Source of the DNA: Macrostomum hystrix
Lineage: Eukaryota > Animalia > Platyhelminthes
Direction of reading: 5' to 3'
DNA length: 64,000 bases
Assembly (NCBI GenBank): GCA_950097015.1
Contig: CATNEN010000002.1
Coordinates: forward strand, 2,356,001-2,420,000
The translations under genes and the position numbers were made by a program. The notes under the pieces are model-generated. The model did not search any database. It worked only from the letters and a program-made list of their open reading frames with translations, and was not told the DNA's origin. Numbering within the stretch: position 1 is the first letter of the stretch; the number at the start of each line of letters is the position of its first letter. Below are positions 1-12,520 of this stretch, piece after piece.

Positions 1-228
1 ATAAATAAAAAAATTATAGAAACAATCATAATTTATACACGCATATGAATTTCTTTTATTCTTCATGTTTCGACTTATCTGCCCGACTATTCTTTAAACT
101 TTGTTTTAATGCCACTGACCTCCAGCCGAGCCCTGGCTTTATACACACCCGCAGACTTGTAAACACAGGCTGTTATCTGTTTCAAAATTTTATAGCAGCG
201 TCTTAGTCTAAACAGTCAATTAAACGGT

Positions 229-3200
229 ATGATTTATCGCAAAGGACTGCTCATGCAGCTCCCGCTGCTCTTCTCGTCCTTCTGTATGCGTCAACCTGTG
301 GCAAGAGCTATGGTATGCATTAAAGTCCATATAGTTTTCATTTGTATTTGGTCTCAATAATCAATTTTCATGCTTCGTGATTTGTAAAACAACTTAGCGT
401 GCTTCGCTTATATATTCTATGGCGCTAGTAATCATTGATTGTCTCTTATTATTTTATTAAATACTGTGAAAGGATTTTTAACCCCTTCTTTGCCTAATTG
501 CCTAATAAAATGTTTTTATTGCATTTAGGAATAAAATATGAAGTAAATATGGCTTTCTGTTATTAATACTAATTGCTCTATAATAGATTCATTTTTATGT
601 TAGGCCTAGCTAAGCCTATTCTTTCCTACAAGTTCATCCTATGAATTCTATGCTATTCTTTGTGTTCTGACTTGTAGTAGACTAGTAGCCCATCGCCATG
701 ACCATGTCCATGTCCAAAGACAGTTGTCATTGTAGAACCAGAACTGCCACCATCAACATTACTAGCTTGTCTAGGACTGGGTGTAGAACCAATAGCAGCA
801 GCAGTTAGGCCAGTTCTATGATGTCCAAAAACATGATCACAATCATGTTTAACCAGATTATAATCTATTTCATTTGTCAACTTTTCTGCTGCACTGGGCT
901 CAAAGCTATAAGATAACATCACATTGAATACATAATAATGAATAGAGAGCAGAGCTAGTATAAGAAGCAAATAGTTAAAAACTGTAAGCATACTGTAAAG
1001 CATATTATTAAGTAGTTGCACAAACTTATGAATGAAATCAACATTAGAAATTATAAATATTTTCTGTTAATATACATTTCTAAATTATTACATTTTAAGA
1101 CTTTGAAAAATGGCAATGTTCTACTTCTGTTCATTATATTATTTTTTCGTTTGAATTTGTGCTACACATGCATTCTGAGTTTGAAAAAGTTGTGCTAACG
1201 TGGCTTTGCAGTGACTTGACACTTGGATCTATGTCTATTGCAGAACCTGGCAAATATGGGGGAACAGAAAGCTAAAGCATAGAAATTCTGTAGCTGAAGA
1301 ATTAAAATGCATGGCATGACTGCTGTTCTATTCAAAAGCCACCTCGAAGAATTCTTATGGCACTGTCTATACCCCAAGAATAGCTTCTTTGCCCTCCTCT
1401 ACTGGATTAGGCACTATTAACAGGTTTGAAAGAAGAAAGACTGACCAAAACTTTTCAGAACTGTCTGACCAAACTACATACTTTTTGTTACTGTTAAACA
1501 TGTTTTTTTGTCTTTACCTATTGTTTGCAAACAAAAAATAATATAACAAAAAGAAGTAGAACATTGCCAAAAAATTATATGATATGACATATCTAATGGT
1601 AGTTAAATCCTTGTGCAACATAAAAATATTATTATATATGAAAAGAAAGTTTACTCCTAAAAATACATGACTTGAGAGTTTTTAATGAGATTATTAAGTC
1701 TTAGCTATATAATTTTAAAGTGTTTGACTTATCATTTTTTCCTATTATTGTCTTACAATCATTAATCAATTGTCTTGTGTGTCTGACATTTTGATGCTTA
1801 CAAATGTATGCCAAATTAGAAATATATAATTAGAAATATATATATTTTTGTGTGTACACCAAATGTATCCTATTGTCAGATGTATTCCATATATATGCCA
1901 GATATATGCCTATTTTTTGTTCATACTGATGCATGCTGGAATTTTCAACAAAAAGCCCACTTTCCTGATGGTGGGTAGTAGGCGTCTGACCAAGACTTTG
2001 TTTTTATGGAAATAAAATTTTTGCTTCACTTTTGTTCTGGCACCTGACTTTAAATCTGCAGTTTATTCACTTAGAAAATTTGGAGAAAAAATAGGAATGC
2101 CTATAGGGTGAATCCCTATCTCCCCTGAATGTATCCCCATCCCCTGTTTTAGCACTGTTTGTTACAGCTGACAAAGTAATGCTGACTAAAGGATCATATA
2201 TAAGAAAAAATGCAATGAAAGAATGTAATAGTAAAAATGCTGTGACCAAATAGTTCAAATTATTTTATATAAAATGCATTTAAAAATGCTTTTGCATTAC
2301 AATTACTTAAAATGAAATGACCTTCAACATTTTTTTATTCCACTCTTAGACTGCTCTTTAGGCAGCTATAGGCAAAAGCTAGAAAATTATAGATCAAACT
2401 AACTATAATGTATCTGTACCCATATCTATGGCTTGCTAGTGGATAAAGTAGCTATTTCTATAATTGTAAAACTTTAGGTGCAGGGCAGCTATGTCCAGAA
2501 GCAAGCCATGACCCCATATTAGGGACATGTTGGCTTTCTTTAATATTGAGTCATAGCAGTTATTGCTTATGGATGGGAATTGTTAGAAATTTTTTAAATA
2601 AAAGTAATGGTATTATAGTTTTTTAGATGTTGCTTAAAGGGTTAAAGTTATTGAATGCATAGCTACTTATAAGATATTGTTGTTTTCAATACTGACATCT
2701 CTTTCATTGTTTCCAATTTGAAGGCTTCCACTGACACAGGAACTGTTTATGACTTCACAGCCAAGACTATCGATGGAGAGCAGGTGTCACTCAGCAAGTA
2801 CAAGTGAGATTTGTTCTCTTGTATACATGTTTTCATAAGTGAGAATTCTAATTACTACAATTCAGCAATTGTTTCATGTATGAAACCTCCTACTTAGTTT
2901 GTTAGTAGCATAGTTAGCATCACTGATAGCTGATTCTTATTAGCAATTTTTAGGAATGAACATTATTGATTGCTAGTAAAATAGACGGCCTTATTTGCAC
3001 TTCTATGGGCCCCTCTTGCCGATTATCTGATTACATCGAGTAGCTAGGCTTCGCCCTAGTTCATTGTTCCTAATATTCCAGTCTGCATTTGGTTAGGCAA
3101 GGTTAGTTGCCATGACAACGAATGGGATGCAGAATTTTTGTCTGTAATGTTTTGAATCGACAAATTTGATTGCTGATCAGTATTCTGACATCCTGGGGAT

Positions 3201-5911
3201 GAAGCGAACCGTGTTTGATTAGTTTGAGAGTGAGCTGCTCTTTGAGTACCGCGGATCTCGACCTGAGCTGTCAATGAATGAGGGCACAGAAATCATTTCT
3301 TTCCTTCCCTGCATAGTGCTGCTAGCTCATATGAGCGCTGTTTGAGCACTAAACCCAATGATGTGCTAGTTTTGCTGCTAACAAATTTGAGTACATTGGG
3401 AATGGGATAATTTGGATCAGTTGGAGTCTTGGAGAACGGGGAATTGGATGAAGAGCAAGTGGCGATATTAGGATGGAGATTATCAGTCGACTGAAGTCAG
3501 ATTTAAATTTATCGTAGGAGATGGAAAGTGGAATAAGTAGGATAGGATCAGTAGGGTATGGGATGTGGAAATAAAAGGATCAGTAAGAGATGGGATGTGG
3601 GATATTTAGGATCAGAAGTAGATGGGATGTAGGATAAATAGAATCAATTAAGAATGGGATGTAGGATAAAGAGGATCAGGTGGAGTGGGATCGGACGTTG
3701 AAGAGCTACGCATAGCAATCTCCTCGCTTTCCGTCGTGTCCCAGGGGTCGCGTGCTTGTTGTGACCAACGTGGCCTGCCTCTGAGGCGCAACAGAGAGCA
3801 ACTACAAGCAGCTGGTCGACCTGCACACTCGACTAGCTGGCCGGGGCCTCTCCGTCGCCGCCTTCCCCTGCAATCAGTTCGGCAGTCAGGAGCCGTGGCC
3901 TGAGGCCCAGATCAAGGAGTTCGTTGTTAGTAGATTCGGCGTCAAGTTTGATCTCTACGCCAAGATTGAGGTCAATGGCGACGGCGCGCATCCCCTGTTC
4001 GCCTTTCTAAAGGCTCGCCTGCCGGGCACTCTGATGGACTTCGTCAAATGGAATTTCACCAAGTTTCTCATCGATCGCAATGGCGTACCTGTGAAGCGCT
4101 ACGGCCCTAATGTGGCGCCTAAGGTGAGGATCTGGGAAAATTCTGGACATTGTCTTTAGGTCTGGGAAGATTCCTGACATTGTCTTTGGCTCTGGGAAGA
4201 TTCCTGACATTGTCTTTAGGTCTGGGAAGATTCCTGACATTGTCTTTAGGTCTGGGAAGATTCCTGACATTGTCTTTAGGTCTGGGAAGATTCCTGACAT
4301 TGTCTTTGGCTCTGGGAAGATTCCTGACATTGTCTTTAGGTCTGGGAAGATTCCTGACATTGTCTTTAGGTCTGGGAAGATTCCTGACATTGTCTTTGGC
4401 TCTGGGAAGATTCCTGACATTGTCTTTGGCTCTGGGAAGATTCCTGACATTGTCTTTGGCTCTGGGAAGATTCCTGACATTGTCTTTAGATCTGGGAAGA
4501 TTCCTGACATTGTCTTTAGGTTTGGGAAGATTCCTGACATTGTCTTTGGATCTGGGAGGATTTAAGTCTTGATTTAGGAAGCTCTCAGTCATGACAATTT
4601 CAGACAATTCCAGTCCCGATCTAGTCTTGATTTTTTATCGATTCGTTTTTTACCGACTTTTAGATTACTAAGTCTACTTAATTAGCTAATTCGATTTCGC
4701 TATTCAGAAACAGCAAACAATAGTCAAAATAATTGATTGGTCCTGATATTTACACTCTTGATTATCTAGTCTGTCCTATATTGTTAGGATAAATGTGAAG
4801 CTTTTAGGAGCCATACTCATTATACCGTCATGGGTTTGAGCACTTCAGGACATTGGCTGCTCTCCGCTGCATAGTTACGTACGTCTATATCTAGTTAGTC
4901 GCACTCAAACTCAAATCTGCCAATAAAATGGCCGGGTTTGTGTCAACAATGTCTGCTGTTATCCAACTTGGCTGTTTTGGCTCAAATGCGGTTCCCATGC
5001 ACTTTCTGGGGCTGCTGCTGCTGCTGCTGCTGCTGCATTGTCTTCTGTAGTTCTCTTAGCACAGGTACTCTGTACTCATGTACTCCAACCAGTGCTAATT
5101 TTAGAATGCCTTTATGTTTAATTTATGAGAAATTGTTTTTTGTCTAGAGCAGTACAAGGCATTTTAAGTTCTTTGTCTACTTCTCATTAGCTTATCGTAG
5201 CAAATAACCAATCCCAAGTCTCCCAGTCTCTCTCCCTCTGTCTTTCAGTCTCTTCAATTATCTCTCAGTCTCTCCATCTATCTCAGTCTCCCAATCCATC
5301 TCTCAGTCTCTCCATCCATCTCTCAGTCTCTCCATCCCTCTCTCAGTCTCTCCATCCATCTCTCAGTCTCTCCATCCATCTCTCAGTCTTTCCATTCATC
5401 TCTCAGTCTCTCTATCCATCTCTCAGTCTCTCCATCCATCTCTCAGTCTCTCCATCCATCTCTCAGTCTCTCCATCCATCTCTCAGTCTCTCCATCCATC
5501 TCTCAGTCTCTCCATCCATCTCTCAGTCTCTCCATCCATCTCTCAGTCTCTCCATCCATCTCTCAGTCTTTCCATTCATCTCTCAGTCTCTCCATCCATC
5601 TCTCAGTCTCTCCATCCATCTCTCAGTCTCTCCATCCATCTCTCAGTCTCTCCATCCATCTCTCAGTCTCTCCATCCATCTCTCAGTCTCTCCATCCATC
5701 TCTCAGTCTCTCCATCCATCTCTCAGTTTCTCCATCCATCTCTCAGTCTCTCCATCCATCTCTCAGTCTCTCCCTCCATCTCTCAGTCTATCCCGTCTTT
5801 CTGTAATGCGGCAGTCACTAATTGTTATATAATGCAATAATTTTTTCGCTTTTACAATTTCAGGACATGGAGTCGGACATCCTTGAGCTGCTCAACAAAG
5901 ACGAGTTGTAA
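229..5911 (+). CDS. GPX4: Selenocysteine glutathione peroxidase, GPx4/PHGPx-like; exons 229-312, 2724-2803, 3745-4123, 5864-5911
   Basis: Manual splicing across GT-AG introns with compatible phases (0, 2, 0) gives ...VYDFTAKTIDGEQVSLSKYKGRVLVVTNVACL-U(TGA 3782-3784)-GATESNYKQL...AFPCNQFGSQEP...KWNFTKFLIDRNGVPVKRYGP...ELLNKDEL*. The NVAxxU, FPCNQFGxQEP and WNFTKFL motifs are GPx signatures. The GPX4 label reflects family resemblance, not proven orthology. Confidence 0.93.
1255..1410 (+). mobile_element. Possible decayed Merlin/IS1016-like (ISXO2) transposase C-terminal fragment
   Basis: The frame from 1307 reads MHGMTAVLFKSHLEEFLWHCLY, resembling the HG...L.sYL.EF.WR tail of Merlin transposases. 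Surrounding frames carry stops. This is a visual match only. Confidence 0.35.
4131..4556. repeat. 30-bp minisatellite (TCTGGGAAGATTCCTGACATTGTCTTTAGG), about 14 units
   Basis: Direct tandem repetition starting just after the GPx exon 3 donor; explains ORFs 4007-4607. Confidence 0.95.
5215..5790. repeat. 20-bp minisatellite (TCTCAGTCTCTCCATCCATC)
   Basis: Direct tandem repetition in GPx intron 3. Confidence 0.95.
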
Positions 5912-6043
5912 ATCAATGTTTGTGCTTCCCTTAAAAATTCATTTACTAAACATTTTTTTCAGTTTAAATAGTATTTATTCTGTACGATTAGAAATGAAAA
6001 TCTGTGTTTGAGGCTAAGGTGCACTATTGCTGTATTAACGCGG

Positions 6044-6121
6044 GGCTATTAATGATGCACGATCTCGTAAAAACTGATTTTCACAAGAAACCAGTTGGAG
6101 ATCGATTGCTGATAAATGGCC
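6044..6121 (+). promoter_or_regulatory. SECIS element (type II form) in the GPx 3' UTR
   Basis: Helix I GGCTATT/AATGGCC; ATGA (6052-6055) and TGAT (6110-6113) form the non-Watson-Crick quartet; helix II GCACGATCTC/GAGATCGATTGC; unpaired AAA at 6069-6073; apical mini-stem ACTG..CAGT. It lies about 130 nt after the stop of a TGA-containing GPx. Confidence 0.88.
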
Positions 6122-6519
6122 ATTTGAGACGCTTCAGTTGTGTTGCGCAAATTTTCTTTGTCGCAATCAACGTGTGCAGCTGCGTCTTAAGGCTAAGCCT
6201 CGGTGATATTTGTAGGGCTCGCTTGTCTCACTCCAAAATCTTTCACTTTGGAAAGAATGCACCGTATAGTTTTCTACCCGATAACCAATAAACTTCTTTA
6301 AATACGAGCTATTGCCTGATTTTGGCTTTAATTCCTGCTTTAAAAATAGTTCTTTTATTCCTAGAATGAACAATTAAGCAACTGCAAATCGTTTCCATTG
6401 CTCTTATTTTTACTGAATCGTCACAGCTCAAAAGTCTCAATTGTAAATTTAGTGAGATGAGTGAAAGCGGAGAAATAAGACTGGGAACAGATAAGACAGG
6501 AGAGATGAGACACGAGGAG

Positions 6520-6719
6520 CAACGGGCCGGATTTGGGAGCTTTGAGGGCCGCATGTGGCCCGCGGGTGGCTTTCACAAGACGGAAATTTCATTGGACCGA
6601 AATTTCACAACGCCGAAAAGTAAAAATGCAAAAGGACAGTAGTGCAAGAATTTTCGGCGTTGTGAAATTTCGGTCTTGTGAAGCCACCTGGCCCGCGGGC
6701 CGGAGTTTGCCGACCCCTG
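6520..6719. mobile_element. hAT/Charlie-like non-autonomous DNA transposon end; related fragment at about 35612-35690
   Basis: Ends in GGCCCGCGGGCCGGAGTTTGCCGACCCCTG (reverse complement CAGGGGTCGGCAAACT, a Charlie-type terminus). The motif CAACGGGCCGGATTTGGGAGCTT.GAGGGCCG recurs at about 35613. Confidence 0.45.
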
Positions 6720-7439
6720 CAAGTTTAGGCGCTCTATCGTTAACATCCTCAGTCCTCACTCGATGTGGATGTTGAGGTGGTGGGTGTTTATTGAAAATAA
6801 TGTTTTTTACATTTGTTTAGATAAGGCGATGAAAAGGCGCGAAGTGGCGGTCAGACGGGGTGTGAATGCAATGAAGAAGTGTGAAAATAAAGTTATTTTG
6901 ACTGTTTAGCCAGGCCAAGTGTGAGGGGTCAGAGGGAGGGCTGTAAAGTGCTGGAAATGTTAAAATGTTATATTCAAAGCTACTTAAATTAGGGTGTGAA
7001 GTCTCTGCAATGGTGTCAAAATTATTTTAGGCTGATGGCCAGGGCAGGCGTGCCTTTAAATGTTTTTACAAGGTCGTATCCGTATGTTGAATTAAATGCT
7101 TTATAAACGCGATATTAATAGTACGGTCCGAATATTTCTGTCTAGTCTAGAATAATAAAACTAACATGGTTAATAAGTTATCTTAGAGAAAAAGAAACTT
7201 TTATTTTTCTTCTCAAAAAATAAGTGAAATTGCTGAAATTGCCTGGCACCAATTTATGTGATTCGAAGTTTAGGCCAAGTGCCGTTATGGGAATGTGCAA
7301 TTTTAAGGGCCATTTTATGAACAGCAGTTTAACGAATGTGCAGTTATGGGAATGCGTAGTTCAGGGAATGTTCAGTTTATGGAACATACATTTTAGGGAG
7401 TGTGCAGTTAAGAGAATGTTCAGTTTCGGTAATGTTCAG

Positions 7440-7745
7440 TTTAGTCAATGTTAAGTTTAGGAAATGTTCAGTTTAGGAATTGTTAAGTTTAGGAACGTTT
7501 AGTTTAGGGATTGTTAAGTTTAGGAATGTTTAGTTTAGGGATTGTTGAGTTTAGGAATGTTTAGTTTAGGGATTGTTGAGTTTAGGAATATTTAGTTTAG
7601 GGATTGTTGAGTTTAGTAAATGTTTAGTTTAGGGATTGTTGAGTTTAGGAACGTTTAGTTTAGGGATTGTTAAGTTTAGGAATGTTTAGTATAGGGATTG
7701 TTGAGTTTAGGAATGTTTAGTACAGGGATTGTTAAGTTTAGGAAA
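7440..7745. repeat. About 30-bp minisatellite (GTTTAGTTTAGGGATTGTTGAGTTTAGGAAT-like)
   Basis: Tandem repetition with a degenerate 5' flank from about 7330. Confidence 0.9.
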
Positions 7746-9598
7746 TGTGCATGCCGATTTGGAAAGCTCTGGCTCAAGGAATCACGACTCTTTGTTTAGA
7801 GGCTCCAGTCTAAAAAGGTGACAATTTATGGACTAATTGGACTAAATGAATTCTCACACTGGCTTCCATAATCCATTATAATTAATTTGCATCAGCTAGT
7901 TTTGCAAATGTGGACATTATGGAGCAGTTTAAATTAGCCCTAATCTGTGAATACAGGTATACTGAAGAACGGATTAGCGCCATGCTGTTAACTAATGACT
8001 GAGTTGGATGCAACCTATATAGATTGAGAATTTCTCCACTCAGCTATTAATTCTCATTATTTGAATGCGGTTTGATTGTGCATGAGAGCAACTTTAGGGG
8101 AAATTGCAGCCTTGTCAATAAATACCACTCGGGCAACCATTGTGTACAGAATGCATTTTTAGGCTAACCGATCTTTTGATTAGAACCGCGGTTGTGCATT
8201 GTTTTCAGGTGAATACGGTAGTCTATACTGACAATGACTCAGTCTTTTTGTGTCAAAGTTTCTCAGCTTGAGCTGCGCTGGATCTATAGATTGAGTTGTC
8301 TTGATTCCCCCAACTTGTTTCAACTCCCACGTCCATTTTTCATTTCCTTTTTTGTGCAACTTTTTAAACCAGCTTCTTCCCCCATTCCATATAAAAATCT
8401 CCCATACAGGTTTATATTAGTTAATCAGCCGTGCATCGGTCTAACGCTCCCAATGCTTTCATTCCCAAACGAAATGCTGAAATCCCACCCACTGCACCGT
8501 CTATTGTTGTATGCGCGCCTACTGAGTCCCCATTGTTATCCTGCTCACTCCGGCTCAATCCTGTTTGTCGCTCATATTATAAAGATGATAACCTTTACAA
8601 TAAATATTATTTTAGATAACCGACTGCGGAGACACGGTTTGACTGCTGGTCAGTATCGCGTCCTACACTCACGTCGAAGTCGATGAGCTCAAATCCCCGA
8701 CGAGGCCGCACTCATTTCAGAGGGGCGCAATTTTGAGGGGAGAAATCGTTGATTTAAGGGGCGCAAATGTAGATTTGAGTGTCCCAGTCGTGGAGTTGAG
8801 GGCCACAATCGTAGATTTAAGGTGCGCTATCGTAGATTTAAGGAGCCAAAATTGATTTTAATGGGGTGTAACTGAAATATAAGTTGCATATAACTCACGT
8901 ATGTAAAACAGTTATCGAATGCTTTTTAAAGCAATTAGCAAATAAGCGGTTTAATAAGAATAAGAGGTTAAAGCTTTAATTGGGTCTAATCAAAATTGTT
9001 ATAGCGAAATAGCTTAACTTAATTTACAAGCGCAGCGACGACATGAAGGCACAAAAAATAGTTGTGGCGCTGCCAATTTGTGACAGTGAACTGGTGAGCT
9101 TCAAAAGACAGGTTTTGCAATTCTAGTGATTCTTAATTGCGCAACTGTTAAACTTACATAAAGTACTATACTATAGGCTTTAAGCACTGAAAGAGAGGTT
9201 CGTTTCTAGGCAAATCCAATTGATACAAAATATACTCGTAAATGAGCAAAAATTGCGCATGTTATTGTATCATGTACACAGTCGTATATAAGAGAGCATC
9301 GGTAGCGTCGGAAACAGAGCGTCCATTGATCGGAAAATCACTTTGTTTTATGGTGGTCTACCCGAAGGTTGTGAAAGTGCTGTCTTCCCAAGATCAAGAA
9401 GGTGGTCTTGCCAAGGTCACGAAGGTGCTCCTCCCACGGTGATGAATGCGGTCGTGCCGAAATCATGAAGCTGATATTGCCAAGGTCATGAATAAGATCG
9501 TTGCCGCGAGGTTATGAAGGTTTTCCCAATGATGTTTATAAAGGTCGTTTCGCCTAGGTCGTGAAGGTTGTCTTCCCCAGACCACCGTATTCCCACTC

Positions 9599-10348
9599 TC
9601 AGCTGACCGGCGGCAGGTCGTCCCTCGGTCCGGACCTCGCGAAACCTGGCGGCGGCTTGTTAGGATCTGAGGTCGACTGTCGGCGACTCTCAGAGGCAAC
9701 CGTCGCAGATCCGCCAGCTGCCACGGCGGCAGGTGAAGCGCCACTGCCTACTGGAGAATTCGTTGCTAGAGCCGCTGCCACTGCTGCTGCTGACGCCCGT
9801 CCCGTGCTGGTTGCGGGTCGACTTCTCCTCGCACTGAAGAGTCTGGTGAGCACGGAGCTCACGGAGCCGAGCCCGGCTAGCGGCTGCTCCTCGTAGGGCG
9901 GTGGCGGATAGGCCGCGGAGTCCAGGGGAAGCGTGTAGTCCTGGCAGCTGTATGGCGGAGGCTCCGGCAGCAGCATCAGGGACATTGGATAGCCACCAGC
10001 CAGCTGATGCTGCTGAAGCTGCTGCTGCTGCTGCACTGTGAAGATCGCCCTCTCCTGAGCTCCCAGCTGAGCCTGCACCCTCAGCAACCGCTTCGCGTTG
10101 GCATGCCGGACGCAGAGGAAGATGATGACGCCCAGCAGGGCGGTGACGATCAGGAGGCTGCTCATCACAGCCGCCGCTATGTAGGCCGGGTTGCAGCCGA
10201 AATCATTCGGGTTGGCGTAGCAGTAGTAGCTGCGGTTGTTGTCTCCTCCACCGTCGATGCTCCTGGCTGAGCGACCCTGCAGCTTCGGGGCCCGCGGCAG
10301 CTTCAAGCTGGCGTCGATCAGCTGGAAGTCCGTCCGAGCTAATCTCAT
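9599..10348 (-). CDS. Single-pass membrane protein with cytoplasmic PPxY motifs (WBP1/VOPP1-like architecture); probably the terminal exon of a spliced gene
   Basis: Cys-containing segment YYCYANPNDFGC, then a hydrophobic TM (YIAAAVMSSLLIVTALLGVIIFLCV), a basic stop-transfer, and PPPY and PPPPY motifs. GC-rich codon usage. Confidence 0.55.
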   Translation of the reverse strand: MRLARTDFQLIDASLKLPRAPKLQGRSARSIDGGGDNNRSYYCYANPNDFGCNPAYIAAAVMSSLLIVTALLGVIIFLCVRHANAKRLLRVQAQLGAQERAIFTVQQQQQLQQHQLAGGYPMSLMLLPEPPPYSCQDYTLPLDSAAYPPPPYEEQPLAGLGSVSSVLTRLFSARRSRPATSTGRASAAAVAAALATNSPVGSGASPAAVAAGGSATVASESRRQSTSDPNKPPPGFARSGPRDDLPPVS

Positions 10349-11089
10349 TGCCTGCTCATTCGCCTCTGTGCTGTCTCCTCTGCGAGTTCCAAGGCTTGAA
10401 AGCGACCTCTTCTTCTACTCCGCCTCTGCCTGTCAGGCGTAGTCTAAAAAGTCACACACCTCTACAGTGGTTTGGGATCTGGGTAGAGAGAGACTGGGGT
10501 AGAGAAACAGAGAGAAACAGGGAGAGAGCGAAGGTTAGTTGAGAATGCAAATTTGGGATTTGAGGGCGGCTCGCTATAGTTCGGAGTCCCCAAGTGCTGC
10601 CGCACCTGTCTATTGGCCGTCTGTCCATGCTCACTCTGCTCACCCTGCTCACTCACCCTCTGTCCGCGTCGTCGTCAGGGACGACAATGGAAGAGGCAGA
10701 GTAAACAGCTGGCACGCTGGTGGGCGACAGTAGAATGGGGAGAGGAGAGAGGAGGAGAGAAGATCCGATGGAAGCACGCGCAGTATACGGGATCAACGCG
10801 CTATCTAACTAAGTCCCGACTCTGTCTTGGGAGTTTTAGTAGTATTGCTGCAGAATCGATTGTGCTTAATTCCTCTTCCTTTTACTGACAGTTAGTCCTC
10901 GTATACGACTGCTTTCTGTGCTGTACAATGTTTATATAGGTGTACAGTAAGTTTTTTCTACGCGCCTTTGTAATTTACTTTGCCAGGTAGACAATATCGA
11001 CGAAAATTGTATTTGATTAGGAAAAAATTTTACTAATTCCAAAAAATGGTTGAACTTTGCTTTCATGTCTGACTGCTTATCTTGTCTTG

Positions 11090-11832
11090 TCTGGTCACTC
11101 TGTTCCTTGGTCACTCTGTTCCTTGGTCACTCTGTTCCTTGGTCACTCTGTTCCTTGGTCACTCTGTTCCTTGGTCACTCTGTTCCTTGGTCACTCTGTT
11201 CCTTGGTCACTCTGTTCCTTGGTCACTCTGTTCCTTGGTCACTCTGTTCCTTGGTCACTCTGTTCCTTGGTCACTCTGTTCCTTGGTCACTCTGTTCCTT
11301 GGTCACTCTGTTCCTTGGTCACTCTGTTCCTTGGTCACTCTGTTCCTTGGTCACTCTGTTCCTTGGTCACTCTGTTCCTTGGTCACTCTGTTCCTTGGTC
11401 ACTCTGTTCCTTGGTCACTCTGTTCCTTGGTCACTCTGTTCCTTGGTCACTCTGTTCCTTGGTCACTCTGTTCCTTGGTCACTCTGTTCCTTGGTCACTC
11501 TGTTCCTTGGTCACTCTGTTCCTTGGTCACTCTGTTCCTTGGTCACTCTGTTCCTTGGTCACTCTGTTCCTTGGTCACTCTGTTCCTTGGTCACTCTGTT
11601 CCTTGGTCACTCTGTTCCTTGGTCACTCTGTTCCTTGGTCACTCTGTTCCTTGGTCACTCTGTTCCTTGGTCACTCTGTTCCTTGGTCACTCTGTTCCTT
11701 GGTCACTCTGTTCCTTGGTCACTCTGTTCCTTGGTCACTCTGTTCCTTGGTCACTCTGTTCCTTGGTCACTCTGTTCCTTGGTCACTCTGTTCCTTGGTC
11801 ACTCTGTTCCTTGGTCACTCTGTTCCTTGGTC
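11090..11832. repeat. Near-perfect 16-bp minisatellite (GGTCACTCTGTTCCTT)
   Basis: Tandem repetition; yields the artefactual SVPWSLCSLVTLFLGH ORFs in all three + frames. Confidence 0.97.
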
Positions 11833-12520
11833 CCTCTATTCCTGTACTTGGAATTATAACGATGAATGCGCAACACTTTTAAAATTGTCGATTTCCAAAT
11901 ATTTCCATCTAACAAAAACAATTGAAACATTAAAGCTACAAAGAAGTAAAAGCGGCGCGAAAAAGAATCACGAAATTAATGGTACAAAGCCGATGTAACA
12001 CACTAAAAAGGGAGAAGGAACCTCGCGCTGGCAGACCGAGGTCGGTTTCTGGCTTGTTTGCCCTCGTCAGTCAGCCATAGCCGCACGCAGTCCTCTCCCA
12101 GAAGAACACGCAGTGCACAGAAGTATCTTTCAACCTTGCCATTTTTATGGCGATACTTTTTTAGTGTTGTGTGAGAGTTTTGCAGCCAAGTCTTTGCTTT
12201 TCTACTGTTGTCAGTAGTCTGAATTGTGTCTCTCGCAGCCGAAACTAACAAAATTTGTATAATGTATAATAAAATTTGAATTTTAATGTTTGCCTTCTCA
12301 TCGTAAAAAAGCAAAATTTCAGTCTTTTTCAGCACATCTCGCATTTTTTAGGTCCTTAGCATAATCTTCCGAAAGTACACACTGTATACACATTCGACGC
12401 ATAAAATGAGATAAAAAAGAGATGAAAACTGACTTAGCTACTTTTAGTAGTTTACAGTCCTTTTATATCGTGTAGCTTAGCTTTACTCGGCTAACTTACC
12501 CCTTATTTATATGCTTCATA

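Noticed and set aside
4007-4607. Repetitive ORFs overlapping GPx intron 3
   Set aside because: Artefacts of the 30-bp minisatellite.
11050-11998. Three long + strand ORFs with SVPWSLCSLVTLFLGH repeats
   Set aside because: The same peptide appears in all three frames of a 16-bp tandem repeat.
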